Assembly (NCBI GenBank): GCA_963723145.1
Contig: CAVRPM010000008.1
Coordinates: 83,987 to 147,986, forward strand
DNA: 64,000 nucleotides
Direction: 5' to 3'
Origin: an uncultured Chloroflexia bacterium
GTDB taxonomy: Bacteria; Chloroflexota; Anaerolineae; Anaerolineales; Anaerolineaceae
In this document: piece by piece, positions 42,831-52,073 of the stretch
Numbering within the stretch: the first letter of the stretch is position 1
Layout: every line of letters starts with the position of its first letter
Notes under the pieces: model-generated
Told to the model about the DNA's origin: nothing
Databases searched by the model: none
What the model saw: only the letters and a program-made list of their open reading frames with translations
Position numbers and translations under genes: made by a program

Positions 42831-44555
42831 ATGGTAAAAAGCAAATTTGAATCCTTCCGTGAAGGTTGCATGCCTGAAAAAACAACCAATCGCTTTTGGC
42901 CATTATACGGTGCCGGATTGCAAAACCTTGGTAAGGACGGTAAGTTAATCGAAGAACCAATGCCGTCTTATGGCGTTGATGAATTACTTGTTCGACATGA
43001 TGCTTGCGGGTTATGCTTCTCGGATATCAAGATCATCAAACTTGGCGAAGAACATCCCCGAATTTATCGAAAAATGAATGAAAATCCAGTGGTTCTTGGT
43101 CATGAGGTTTCGATGACAGTAGTTGGGGTTGGCGATAATCTCAAGAATCAATATCGCCCTGGTGACCGTTTTATTCTTCAGGCAGATATATTCGTTAATG
43201 GTGTCGGTTATGCCTATGGTTATGAAATTCAGGGCGGTCTTTCGGAATACAACGTAATTGACCAGCGTATTCTGAATGGCGACAATGGAAATTACCTGAT
43301 TCCCATTAAACCTCAGACTGGTTATGCGGAATCTGCTTTGGTCGAACCATGGGCTTGTGTTATCGCAGCCTATTACCTCCAATACCGTTCTGCCCTAAAA
43401 GATATGGGTACTGCCTGGTTTATTGGGCCTGAGACCAGAGAGTATTCCATCAGCCAAGGTTTTAACGAAAAAACGCATCCAGCCACAATGATATTAACTC
43501 ATATGGACGGCGTTTTAGGTGCTTGGTTACGACAAAAAGCCAAACAGTTAGACATAAAGGTTGTTGAGCTTGAAGAAATTCCCGAAACATCAGGAGAGCC
43601 ACCTAATGCCGATCAAGCAGATGACATTGTTCTCCTTGCTCCCTCTGCAGATTTGATTGAAAAAACCAGCCCATTTTTAGCATTTAATGGGATTTTGGCT
43701 TTTTCTGCGGAGGATAAACTCACACGTGCAGTCAATGTTGACGCCGGACGGATCCATTACAACCGTTGGCTTTTTGTTGGTGGTATTGAAACTGATATTG
43801 CTGCGCTCTATAACCACGCCCCAGTGCGTTCGGCACTGAAAAATGGAGGCAAGGCATTGTTTGTCGGCGCAGGTGGCCCAATGGGGCGCATGCACGTACA
43901 GCACGCAATAGAAACCACCAATCCCCCAGGACTGATCGTGTGTTCAGACGTCAGTGATGATCGCTTGACAGATCTGGATAATTCGTATTCCACTGAAGCT
44001 CGGGAAAAGGGGATTAAATGGCTTTGTGTCAATCCAACCAAAAAAGAAGAGTATGAAAAAGAAATGGCACAGTTCAGGCTTCAAGGATTCGACGATATCA
44101 TCATGCTCGCTCCTATTCCAGCCGTGATTTCAGATGCCGCCCGGTGGTTAGCGCCAAAAGGTGTAATGAACATTTTCGCTGGTGTGGCGCGCGGAACCAC
44201 TGCACAATTGGATTTGAATGATGCGATATATAATGACACCCGCATCATAGGGCATTCGGCTTCCAGCATTGAGGATATGATCACCATGCTTAATGAAGTT
44301 GAATCAGGCCAATTATCCTCCAATCGGTCTGTTGCCGCGGTAGGTTCGCTCGAAGCGGTAAAAGATGGTTTGAAGGCATTGATGGATGCGACTTTTCCTG
44401 GAAAGGTTGTTATATTCCCTAATATCAAGCCTCTCCCCCTAACAAGTATTCAGGAATTAAAACAAATTCTTCCTGAAGTTTACGCCAAGCTTAAGAACGG
44501 CAGGGAATGGACCAATGAAGCTGAACAAACATTTTTGGAAGAAATGCTTCCATAG
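42831..44555 (+). CDS. extended Zn-dependent (MDR) dehydrogenase, L-sorbose-1-phosphate-reductase-like
   Basis: CGLCFSD, LGHE, LVEPWACV, GAGGPMG; extra internal Rossmann-like segment. Confidence 0.8.
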   Translation: MVKSKFESFREGCMPEKTTNRFWPLYGAGLQNLGKDGKLIEEPMPSYGVDELLVRHDACGLCFSDIKIIKLGEEHPRIYRKMNENPVVLGHEVSMTVVGVGDNLKNQYRPGDRFILQADIFVNGVGYAYGYEIQGGLSEYNVIDQRILNGDNGNYLIPIKPQTGYAESALVEPWACVIAAYYLQYRSALKDMGTAWFIGPETREYSISQGFNEKTHPATMILTHMDGVLGAWLRQKAKQLDIKVVELEEIPETSGEPPNADQADDIVLLAPSADLIEKTSPFLAFNGILAFSAEDKLTRAVNVDAGRIHYNRWLFVGGIETDIAALYNHAPVRSALKNGGKALFVGAGGPMGRMHVQHAIETTNPPGLIVCSDVSDDRLTDLDNSYSTEAREKGIKWLCVNPTKKEEYEKEMAQFRLQGFDDIIMLAPIPAVISDAARWLAPKGVMNIFAGVARGTTAQLDLNDAIYNDTRIIGHSASSIEDMITMLNEVESGQLSSNRSVAAVGSLEAVKDGLKALMDATFPGKVVIFPNIKPLPLTSIQELKQILPEVYAKLKNGREWTNEAEQTFLEEMLP

Positions 44556-44557
44556 TA

Positions 44558-45361
44558 ATGGAACTAAAAATGAGTAAAGTATTAGCTGGAAAAACCGCGA
44601 TTGTCACAGGCGGCGCGCAAGGATTGGGTGAAGCAATCAGCATGCGCCTGGCAAGTGAAGGCTGTCAATTAGTGATAGCTGACATAAAAGAAGATGGTAT
44701 TAAAACTACTGAGGAAAGAATATATAAGGAATATAATCAAAAAATTCTTGGCATTGTCACTGATGTGACCAAAGAAGAAGATGTCGCCTGTTTAGTTGAT
44801 AAAACAACCAGTCAGTTCGGCAGATTGGATATCATGGTTTGCAACGCAGGAATTTTAATTGCGGACGCAGTTGAAAATTTTCCAGCTGAAAAATGGCTCA
44901 GGGTTATTGAGGTTAACCTCTATGGGTACTTCTTGTGTGTGAAACATGCAACACGGGTGATGAAAGCTCAGCGGAGCGGTGTAATTATCCAGATCAATTC
45001 CAAATCTGGCAAAAAAGGCAGCTTCAAGAACTCTGCTTATGCTGCTTCCAAGTTTGGTGGTGTTGGATTAACCCAATCAGCAGCACTGGAAATGGCTGAG
45101 TTTGGAATCCGGATTAATGCCATTTGTCCCGGGAATTTACTAGACTCTCCTCTATGGGTTAATTCTCTATACAAACAATATGCACGTACTCGCGGCATCA
45201 GTGAAGAAGAAGTGCGCCAGTTTTATATTAACCAGGTGCCCATGAAGCGTGGTTGTTCTTATGATGACGTCTGCAATGTGTTGGTTTTTCTAGCGTCCGA
45301 CCAGGCTAGTTATATGACCGGCCAGGCGATTAATGTCACCGGTGGTCAGGAGATGCATTAG
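44558..45361 (+). CDS. SDR, sorbitol-6-phosphate 2-dehydrogenase-like
   Basis: TGGAQGLG, IQINSKSGK, YAASKFGGVGLTQS, GNLLDSP, TGQAINVTGGQ. Confidence 0.85.
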   Translation: MELKMSKVLAGKTAIVTGGAQGLGEAISMRLASEGCQLVIADIKEDGIKTTEERIYKEYNQKILGIVTDVTKEEDVACLVDKTTSQFGRLDIMVCNAGILIADAVENFPAEKWLRVIEVNLYGYFLCVKHATRVMKAQRSGVIIQINSKSGKKGSFKNSAYAASKFGGVGLTQSAALEMAEFGIRINAICPGNLLDSPLWVNSLYKQYARTRGISEEEVRQFYINQVPMKRGCSYDDVCNVLVFLASDQASYMTGQAINVTGGQEMH

Positions 45362-45363
45362 AA

Positions 45364-46095
45364 ATGGTAATTAAACCGGATCTTTCAGGCCAGGTTGCTA
45401 TTGTCACCGGTGGGGGGCGTGGTATCGGAAAGGCAGTAGCACTTTCACTTGCCCGCTGTAAAGCCTCTGTTATCGTGGCTGCTCGCACAATTTCTGAGAT
45501 TGAGGCAGTTGCTTCGGCGATCAGAATGGCTAACGGTAAAGCAATTTCTATCCAATGTGACATTGCAGATGAAGGCCAAATAAACCGGCTTTTTGATACT
45601 GTTATGGATAAATTCGACAAGCTGGATATTATGGTTAATAATGCCGCAATCGGCCGGTATAGCCCTTTCCAGAATTTCACTACCAGCGATCTGGATGACC
45701 TGATCGCTGTGAACATTCGTGGAACTTATATCTGCTGCCGTGAAGCACTTCAACGGATGATCTTACAGCGCAGCGGATACATCATAAACATTTCCAGTGT
45801 TGTAGGTTTTAAGGGATATGAAAATCAAAGTGCCTATACCGCAACCAAGCATGCAGTAGTGGGGATGACCAAAACGTTGGCACTAGAAGCGCAGAAGTAT
45901 AATATCCGCGCAAGTGTTATCCACCCGGGTGGTGTAGATACAGAAATGGCAGGAGAAGCCAGGCCAGACCTCGATCGTTCCCTTTTAATGCAGCCTGAAG
46001 ATATTGCCCAATCCATTCTTTTCTTATTGAGTCTATCTGATCGTGCCGCGGTAGATGAGATCTACATTCGGCGTCGGGGAGGCTCTCCTTTTTAA
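45364..46095 (+). CDS. SDR-family oxidoreductase
   Basis: TGGGRGIG, NNA, YTATK. Confidence 0.9.
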   Translation: MVIKPDLSGQVAIVTGGGRGIGKAVALSLARCKASVIVAARTISEIEAVASAIRMANGKAISIQCDIADEGQINRLFDTVMDKFDKLDIMVNNAAIGRYSPFQNFTTSDLDDLIAVNIRGTYICCREALQRMILQRSGYIINISSVVGFKGYENQSAYTATKHAVVGMTKTLALEAQKYNIRASVIHPGGVDTEMAGEARPDLDRSLLMQPEDIAQSILFLLSLSDRAAVDEIYIRRRGGSPF

Positions 46096-46122
46096 TCAAT
46101 TATTTTTGGAGGATATTGAATA

Positions 46123-48216
46123 ATGACAGATAAGAAATCAAAAACTACCATTGAACGTGTATCAGCTATGATCGAAGAACAGGCGCTTACGAAAGAGCAG
46201 CTGATAGGGTATTTGCGTCAGACTATGGAGATCCGTGCTTTAGAGAACAATATCTCAAACCTTCTGGGCAGAGCGGTTTTAAAAGGCGCATCTCACCTTT
46301 ACGCAGGATCAGAAGCTGTTGCTGTTGGAGCAGTTGGTGCTTTACGTGATGACGATTTGGTAACTAGCACTCATCGAGGACATGGACATGCGCATGCACA
46401 TGGTGACACAGCCGCGAAAACCCCTGAAGAAAAACAGGTGCATTATAACAAGATGATGGCCGAGGTTCTCGGTAAATCTGGTGGATACTGCAAAGGCAAA
46501 GGTGGCTCAATGCATATCGCCGATGTATCGCACGGCAATCTGGGCGCTACCGGTATTGTTGGCGGGAACATCCCCGTTGCGGTTGGCGCTGCTCTCGCGC
46601 AAAAGCTGATGGCTACCGATAAGGTAGTACTTTGCTTCTTTGGAGACGGAGCATCCAATACTGGCAACTTTCATGAGGCCTTAAATATGGCTTCACTCTG
46701 GGACTTACCAGTAGTTTTCATGGTTGAAAATAATATGTACGCCATGTCCGTTCCCTGGGCAAAATCCAGTAAGCTGCCTAATGTTGCTGACCGCGCTTGC
46801 GCTTACGGTATTCCAGGTGAAGTGGTAGATGGGATGGATGTTTTAGCTGTCAGGGGTGCGGTGGAAAAAGCAGTAAATCGCGCCAGAAAAGGCGAAGGTC
46901 CAAGCCTGATTGAAGCAAAAACCTACCGCTACTTCGGACACAGCCACTCCGACCCGCGTGCTTACCGCACAAAGGAAGAAGAACAGACTTATAAAGACCG
47001 CGACCCAATCAAAGTTCTGAATGAAGAAATGAAAGCAGTTGGTCTTATTTCAGATGAAGAATTTGAAGGCATGAACCAGGCGGTAAAAATTAAAATGAAG
47101 TCTGCAATGGAGTACAGCGATGCATCTCCTGAAGCAGATATAAGCGAATTGGAAACAGATGTTTATGCTCCATCAGTTTTTACAGTAAAAGATATTGAAG
47201 ATGAAGCTGTGCTGCGGGAAAAAGTTAAAGCAGACGCTTCGATACGCGAAATTTCTTACGCGGATGCCATTGTTGAAGCGCTGCGGGAGGAAATGAAAAG
47301 GGATAGCCATGTTTTTCTGATGGGCGAGGATGTGGGTTTATACGGCGGCGCATACGGCGCATCGCGCGGATTATTTGAGGAATTTGGCGAGTGGCGTGTG
47401 ATCGATACGCCTATTTCTGAAGCAACCATAGGAGGTGCAGCTGTTGGCGCAGCAATGGCAGGTATGCGCCCGGTGGCTGAAATTATGTATGTGGATTTTA
47501 CGCCGCTTGCCATGGATCAAGTTGCCAATCAGGGTGCCAAGAACCGCTATATGTTTGGCGGGAAGACGAGTGTTCCAATGGTTGTACGTACAGAAGGCGG
47601 AGCAGGAAGGGCTATTGCCGCTCACCACTCACAAAGCCTTGAAGCTCTATGGACGCATTTCCCGGGAATTTACGTGGTCATGCCTTCTACCCCTTATGAT
47701 GTCAAGGGGCTACTTAAAGCTGCAATTCGTGACAATAATCCCGTTATGTTTATTGAACACAAGATGCTGTATAAGAATAAAGGCCGAGTACCGGAAGATG
47801 AATATGTGATTCCCCTAGGTATCGCGGATATAAAACGGCAGGGAAAAGATGTCACGCTTGTTACATATTCCCGCCAGGTGTTAAATGCGCTTGATGCCGC
47901 AGCCGCTTTAGCCAGTGAAGGAATAGATGTCGAAGTGATTGATCTCCGCTGTCTGAAACCCTTGGATATCGAAACGATTGTCAAATCAATTAAAAAGACA
48001 GGACGTTTTGTTGGCGTAACTGAGGCATATGAGAATACAAGTTTTATCAATGAGGTCATGGCACAGGTTAATGATCGCGCCTTTGATTATTTGGATGCAC
48101 CTATGATACGTGTGGCTGCTGCCAACGTGCCTGTGCCGCGAGCTGAAATTCTGGAAGACTTGGCAATTCCCAATGTGACTCGGATTGTAGAAGCCTGCAG
48201 AAAGGTGGTCAGTTAA
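46123..48216 (+). CDS. fused ThDP E1 alpha/beta subunit (acetoin/2-oxoacid dehydrogenase type)
   Basis: STHRGHGH, GKGGSMH, GDGASNTG...ENN, then DTPISE, AHHSQ, EHKMLY in one ORF. Confidence 0.93.
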   Translation: MTDKKSKTTIERVSAMIEEQALTKEQLIGYLRQTMEIRALENNISNLLGRAVLKGASHLYAGSEAVAVGAVGALRDDDLVTSTHRGHGHAHAHGDTAAKTPEEKQVHYNKMMAEVLGKSGGYCKGKGGSMHIADVSHGNLGATGIVGGNIPVAVGAALAQKLMATDKVVLCFFGDGASNTGNFHEALNMASLWDLPVVFMVENNMYAMSVPWAKSSKLPNVADRACAYGIPGEVVDGMDVLAVRGAVEKAVNRARKGEGPSLIEAKTYRYFGHSHSDPRAYRTKEEEQTYKDRDPIKVLNEEMKAVGLISDEEFEGMNQAVKIKMKSAMEYSDASPEADISELETDVYAPSVFTVKDIEDEAVLREKVKADASIREISYADAIVEALREEMKRDSHVFLMGEDVGLYGGAYGASRGLFEEFGEWRVIDTPISEATIGGAAVGAAMAGMRPVAEIMYVDFTPLAMDQVANQGAKNRYMFGGKTSVPMVVRTEGGAGRAIAAHHSQSLEALWTHFPGIYVVMPSTPYDVKGLLKAAIRDNNPVMFIEHKMLYKNKGRVPEDEYVIPLGIADIKRQGKDVTLVTYSRQVLNALDAAAALASEGIDVEVIDLRCLKPLDIETIVKSIKKTGRFVGVTEAYENTSFINEVMAQVNDRAFDYLDAPMIRVAAANVPVPRAEILEDLAIPNVTRIVEACRKVVS

Positions 48217-49604
48217 TGGCTGAGGAACTCTTCATTCCAAAATTAGGCCAGACGGTTGAAGAAGTTACACTGTTAAATTGGCTTGTGAAAGACGGAGATC
48301 ATGTTGATCAAGGCCAGGAAGTTCTTGAAGTTGAAACTGACAAAGCAGTCTTTAACGTTGAGGCGGTTGACAGCGGATATATCCACATCGGACCTTATAA
48401 AGTCGGTCAGATTGTTCCGGTTCTTGAGGTGGTAGCGATTATTGGAGAGAAAGAAGAGACTTTTACAGCATCAACAATCCCGTCAGTGGTTTCTGGCAAA
48501 GAAGAACCACCTGCTGACCAAGTATTAGCTTCTGTAAAGTTATTAAATAAAGAATACGTCAGATCAACCCAAGGATTGGCTGAGCAGAAACTGTTCACTT
48601 CACCGCGTGCCCGCAAACTGGCAAGTGGGAAAAAGGTGGATTTGAAGTTAGTATCACCGACTGGTGGTGGGGGAGTCCGTGTGCGCGAAAGTGATGTCAT
48701 CGCATACCTGACATATTCACCTAAAGCCAGCCCGATAGCGCAAAAAATGGCTGATGATGCCGGGTTGGATCTAAGATCAGTAAAGGCCAGCGGTCCTCGC
48801 GGTGAAATAACCCGTATGGATGTTGAACTAGCATTAGCTTATCGTTCAGCACCTACCCCAAATGTTATTTCTGCCCCAGTATCCTCAATTCCATTACCTG
48901 AAATGGAAGTCGCCGAACGTCTGCCTTTAAAAGGAGTGCGTGGTGTAATTGCTGACAGAATGGGAGTAAGTTCGCACACCACTGCTCGTGTAACCCTACT
49001 AATGGATGCAGACGCCACCGATTTTGTGACATTGCGCGAAAAGATGAAAGAAAACTTTGAAAGTGACTGGGGCTTTGCACCTGGCTTTAATGATTTGCTG
49101 GCCAAGGTTTGTAGTTGCGCTTTACGCCGTTTTCCATATATGAATTCAAGGCTGAATGGTGATGTGATTGAACACCTCGCCAGAGTCAATATCGGAATCG
49201 CGGTTGATTCTGAAAAAGGACTATATGTTCCAGTTATCCGCGATGTGGATCAAAAGGATTTGCATACTATTGGCACTGAATTTCGCCAGCGTGTTGAAGA
49301 TGTCCGAAGTGGAAAAATTTTACCTGATGCACTTTCAGGAGGAACCTTTACCATCACAAATCTGGGAATGTATGATGTAGATGGCTTTACGCCGGTTATC
49401 AACATGCCTGAAGCAGCTATCCTGGGAATTGGACGCATTGCATCTAAACCAGTAGTAAGAGATGGCCAAATTGTTGTCCGTAAAATCCTGACCCTTTCCC
49501 TGGCTTTCGACCATCGATTGGTGGATGGCGCTCCTGCAGCCAAATTTCTGCAATATATAAAGGAAATGATCGAGATTCCAAATGAAGTGACTTTAACCAG
49601 GTAA
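48216..49604 (+). CDS. dihydrolipoamide acyltransferase E2 with two peripheral-subunit-binding domains
   Basis: ETDKA; TSPRARKLA and ASPIAQKMA; TFTITNLG; DHRLVDG. Confidence 0.93.
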   Translation: MAEELFIPKLGQTVEEVTLLNWLVKDGDHVDQGQEVLEVETDKAVFNVEAVDSGYIHIGPYKVGQIVPVLEVVAIIGEKEETFTASTIPSVVSGKEEPPADQVLASVKLLNKEYVRSTQGLAEQKLFTSPRARKLASGKKVDLKLVSPTGGGGVRVRESDVIAYLTYSPKASPIAQKMADDAGLDLRSVKASGPRGEITRMDVELALAYRSAPTPNVISAPVSSIPLPEMEVAERLPLKGVRGVIADRMGVSSHTTARVTLLMDADATDFVTLREKMKENFESDWGFAPGFNDLLAKVCSCALRRFPYMNSRLNGDVIEHLARVNIGIAVDSEKGLYVPVIRDVDQKDLHTIGTEFRQRVEDVRSGKILPDALSGGTFTITNLGMYDVDGFTPVINMPEAAILGIGRIASKPVVRDGQIVVRKILTLSLAFDHRLVDGAPAAKFLQYIKEMIEIPNEVTLTR

Positions 49605-50037
49605 TTAAAAAGGGTTGGAGAATTTTCCTCCCAATTTGATTTTATAGTGATATCTTTTTATTTGCCAATTATTATTACTCTAACATATTTTCGGAGTTAA
49701 CCGCCAACTTCAAAAAATAAAATTTATTCCCATACTCCTATTTCAAACTCACCATTGGCTGAAGCCAAAATTACTTCCCTGGCTGCCAAAGTTCGTTATA
49801 AGTGATTGTCTAGAAATGTATTCTCCGATTTTCCCTCTTCACCCGCCATTTCAGGATATGGAGCAATTTTACTAATACCCGTGGAGATAAATAAAACGAA
49901 TGGTTATTTACAACCTTAAATTCCTTTTTGGGAATATAAGGTTATCCATATCGAAAATAAAAGGTGTGTTTTTATCCAAATTCCGCCTTGTAATTTTTAA
50001 TATTGGGATCTATTTTAAAATTATAATTATTCTTAAT

Positions 50038-50568
50038 ATGCCAGAAACACGCTCCCTTTTTACCCCTCATATGCCTGAAGTATATATTCGACCGGATATC
50101 GAATCTGTTTTTTCTAAGGCGCGTTCAGCTTCAGATAATACTCGCGAGGGGGAGGATGGTCTTTTCCGCCGTCAGGTGGTAATCGTTACTCCCGGCCGTC
50201 TTCTGATTAGTAAAATTTGTCCCCTACCTTCGGAAATTTCTGCTAAAGAAAAATCCCTACTATCCTCTCTAATATCGCCCCAATCCCCATTAAATGTTGC
50301 TGTTATCGCATTTACCTATCTTGAATCATTAAAATCAGACCTTCTTCAGGCAATTCCTTTTTTTGGATATCTGCTTGGATTTGCCGCTCTTGGTCATAGG
50401 GTCTGGGTTTTTGAAGGCCATTCTTCAGCGCTAACCGCCGGATGTCGTGATGCGGATTTCCTGCTCGTTGATAGAGAGATGCAACCCTTCCTTGGCGAGA
50501 ATGATAATTGGCGCATTACCGCGCAAAAAGTAATGCGGGGACAAACCATAAAAATTATCAATCGCTAA
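50038..50568 (+). CDS. hypothetical protein
   Basis: open frame with protein-like composition from ATG at 50038; no family recognised. Confidence 0.6.
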   Translation: MPETRSLFTPHMPEVYIRPDIESVFSKARSASDNTREGEDGLFRRQVVIVTPGRLLISKICPLPSEISAKEKSLLSSLISPQSPLNVAVIAFTYLESLKSDLLQAIPFFGYLLGFAALGHRVWVFEGHSSALTAGCRDADFLLVDREMQPFLGENDNWRITAQKVMRGQTIKIINR

Positions 50569-51017
50569 TCGTCAGGTTCTTCCTCAACTTTGCTTTCGAT
50601 CAGGCTTGAAGTAATGGTAATTCCCTCTTTCATCATTTTATATATCGGGCAAAAGTGGGCTATGCGTAAGAGTTTTTCTCTCTCTAGTTCACTGAGATCA
50701 CCCTTGAGCAAGATGTGCTCGTCAATCTCCTCGTTATATTCTTTTTCTTCCTCACAGTCTTCACAGTCTTCTCGAAAGACACGCTGGTATGACAAATGCA
50801 TTTCCACTTCAGTCAACTTAATCTCATGGTTTTGGGCATAAGTATTCATTACCAGGGCAGTGCATGAAGCCAGGCTGCTGAGCAGCATGCCATAAGGGGT
50901 TAATTGGTGAATATCATCAATGTTTTCAAAGACATTCGAATGAATATCCTCCGGGTCCGCTGCCAAAAACTGGGTGCGAAACTGGCGGTCCTGTTTAACA
51001 ATCACTCTCTCTGCCAT
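50565..51017 (-). CDS. OsmC/Ohr-family protein
   Basis: TPYGMLLSSLASCT...LLRIAHFCPI. Confidence 0.85.
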   Translation of the reverse strand: MAERVIVKQDRQFRTQFLAADPEDIHSNVFENIDDIHQLTPYGMLLSSLASCTALVMNTYAQNHEIKLTEVEMHLSYQRVFREDCEDCEEEKEYNEEIDEHILLKGDLSELEREKLLRIAHFCPIYKMMKEGITITSSLIESKVEEEPDD

Positions 51018-51095
51018 ATCATCACCTCATGCTTTATTAAATCATTATATAGAAAATTTGCTAAAAATAAAGTAAGAAATGTCTCAATAATCAAT

Positions 51096-51126
51096 AAAAA
51101 AAAGCTCCTCTTTGAAAAGAGGAGCT
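51096..51126 (-). terminator. intrinsic terminator
   Basis: AGCTCCTCTTT/AAAGAGGAGCT stem plus T run on the minus strand. Confidence 0.75.
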
Positions 51127-51143
51127 ATTTTATCGAATATGGC

Positions 51144-51848
51144 TTAAGGGTAATCCTGATTTAAGAAAAGGTTATAAGTTATATACCCATCCTTTAGGCT
51201 GTAGAACTTGATTGCAATTTTCTCTTTATATTGCAAAGCGCTAGGAATTGCCGCGGTGACTGTCTGTATTCCACCCGCGCCGGAATCAAAGCCGCCAGCT
51301 TCATACCAGGTTTTGTCAGCCAGAGCACCATCCTTCATAAAGATTGCAAATCGCTCATTTTCGGGGAAGTACTTGGTCTGAACAGTGACAGAATATCCTT
51401 TGTCGACTTCCAGTATTATGAATTGTGGATCACCTACATCCCAATTATTATAAGTGGTACCGCCGCTGGTTGTTGCAGCAGAATACCATGATCCAGTTTC
51501 ATTATAGAAGGCATCATAATAGTATTTGTTGCTGTCAATACTTTCCAGCCGAATTGAAATAATTTCCTCACCTTTCAACTCATCAGGAATTGGAAATTTT
51601 GCATCGAAATTGCCACCTGCATTGGTAGCTAATTTTGATACTAGGTAACCTTTACCGAGGGAATCGCTAACTCCCATTTGGACATGGAAAGTCTCATTCT
51701 TCGGAAAGTTATCCAGATGGGTAATTACATAATCATCTTTGACTACATAGAAACCTTCAATTGAATATGATAGAGTACTTGCAGATACGGTTGTTATAAC
51801 CGAAAAGCAGAGCGCCAGCACTAAAAAAATACTTAATTTATTTTTCAT
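51144..51848 (-). CDS. secreted protein with two tandem ~95-aa beta-rich repeats
   Basis: signal peptide ending VSA; repeats NFPKNETF...AGG...IP..L and YFPENERF...AGG...IP..L. Confidence 0.7.
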   Translation of the reverse strand: MKNKLSIFLVLALCFSVITTVSASTLSYSIEGFYVVKDDYVITHLDNFPKNETFHVQMGVSDSLGKGYLVSKLATNAGGNFDAKFPIPDELKGEEIISIRLESIDSNKYYYDAFYNETGSWYSAATTSGGTTYNNWDVGDPQFIILEVDKGYSVTVQTKYFPENERFAIFMKDGALADKTWYEAGGFDSGAGGIQTVTAAIPSALQYKEKIAIKFYSLKDGYITYNLFLNQDYP

Positions 51849-52073
51849 GGTTGCCTCCTTAATCACAGCACCTAACAATAAAGTTGCAATAAATATACCA
51901 ATTTATGGTGTTTTTCAAAAATATTTATAAAAAAGTAAATAGTATAAATTCAACTATTTAATATTATAACGAAATCTATACGAATATCAATTACCAAAAG
52001 GAGTCCATAAATTATTAATGGAATAATGAAATGTATCTACCCCCTATTATTTAATGCCATTACTTTTAATTGA

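Noticed and set aside
49610-50037. Missing E3 gene or remnant after the second E2
   Set aside because: AT-rich with stops; no FAD-binding or CxxxxC motif recognisable
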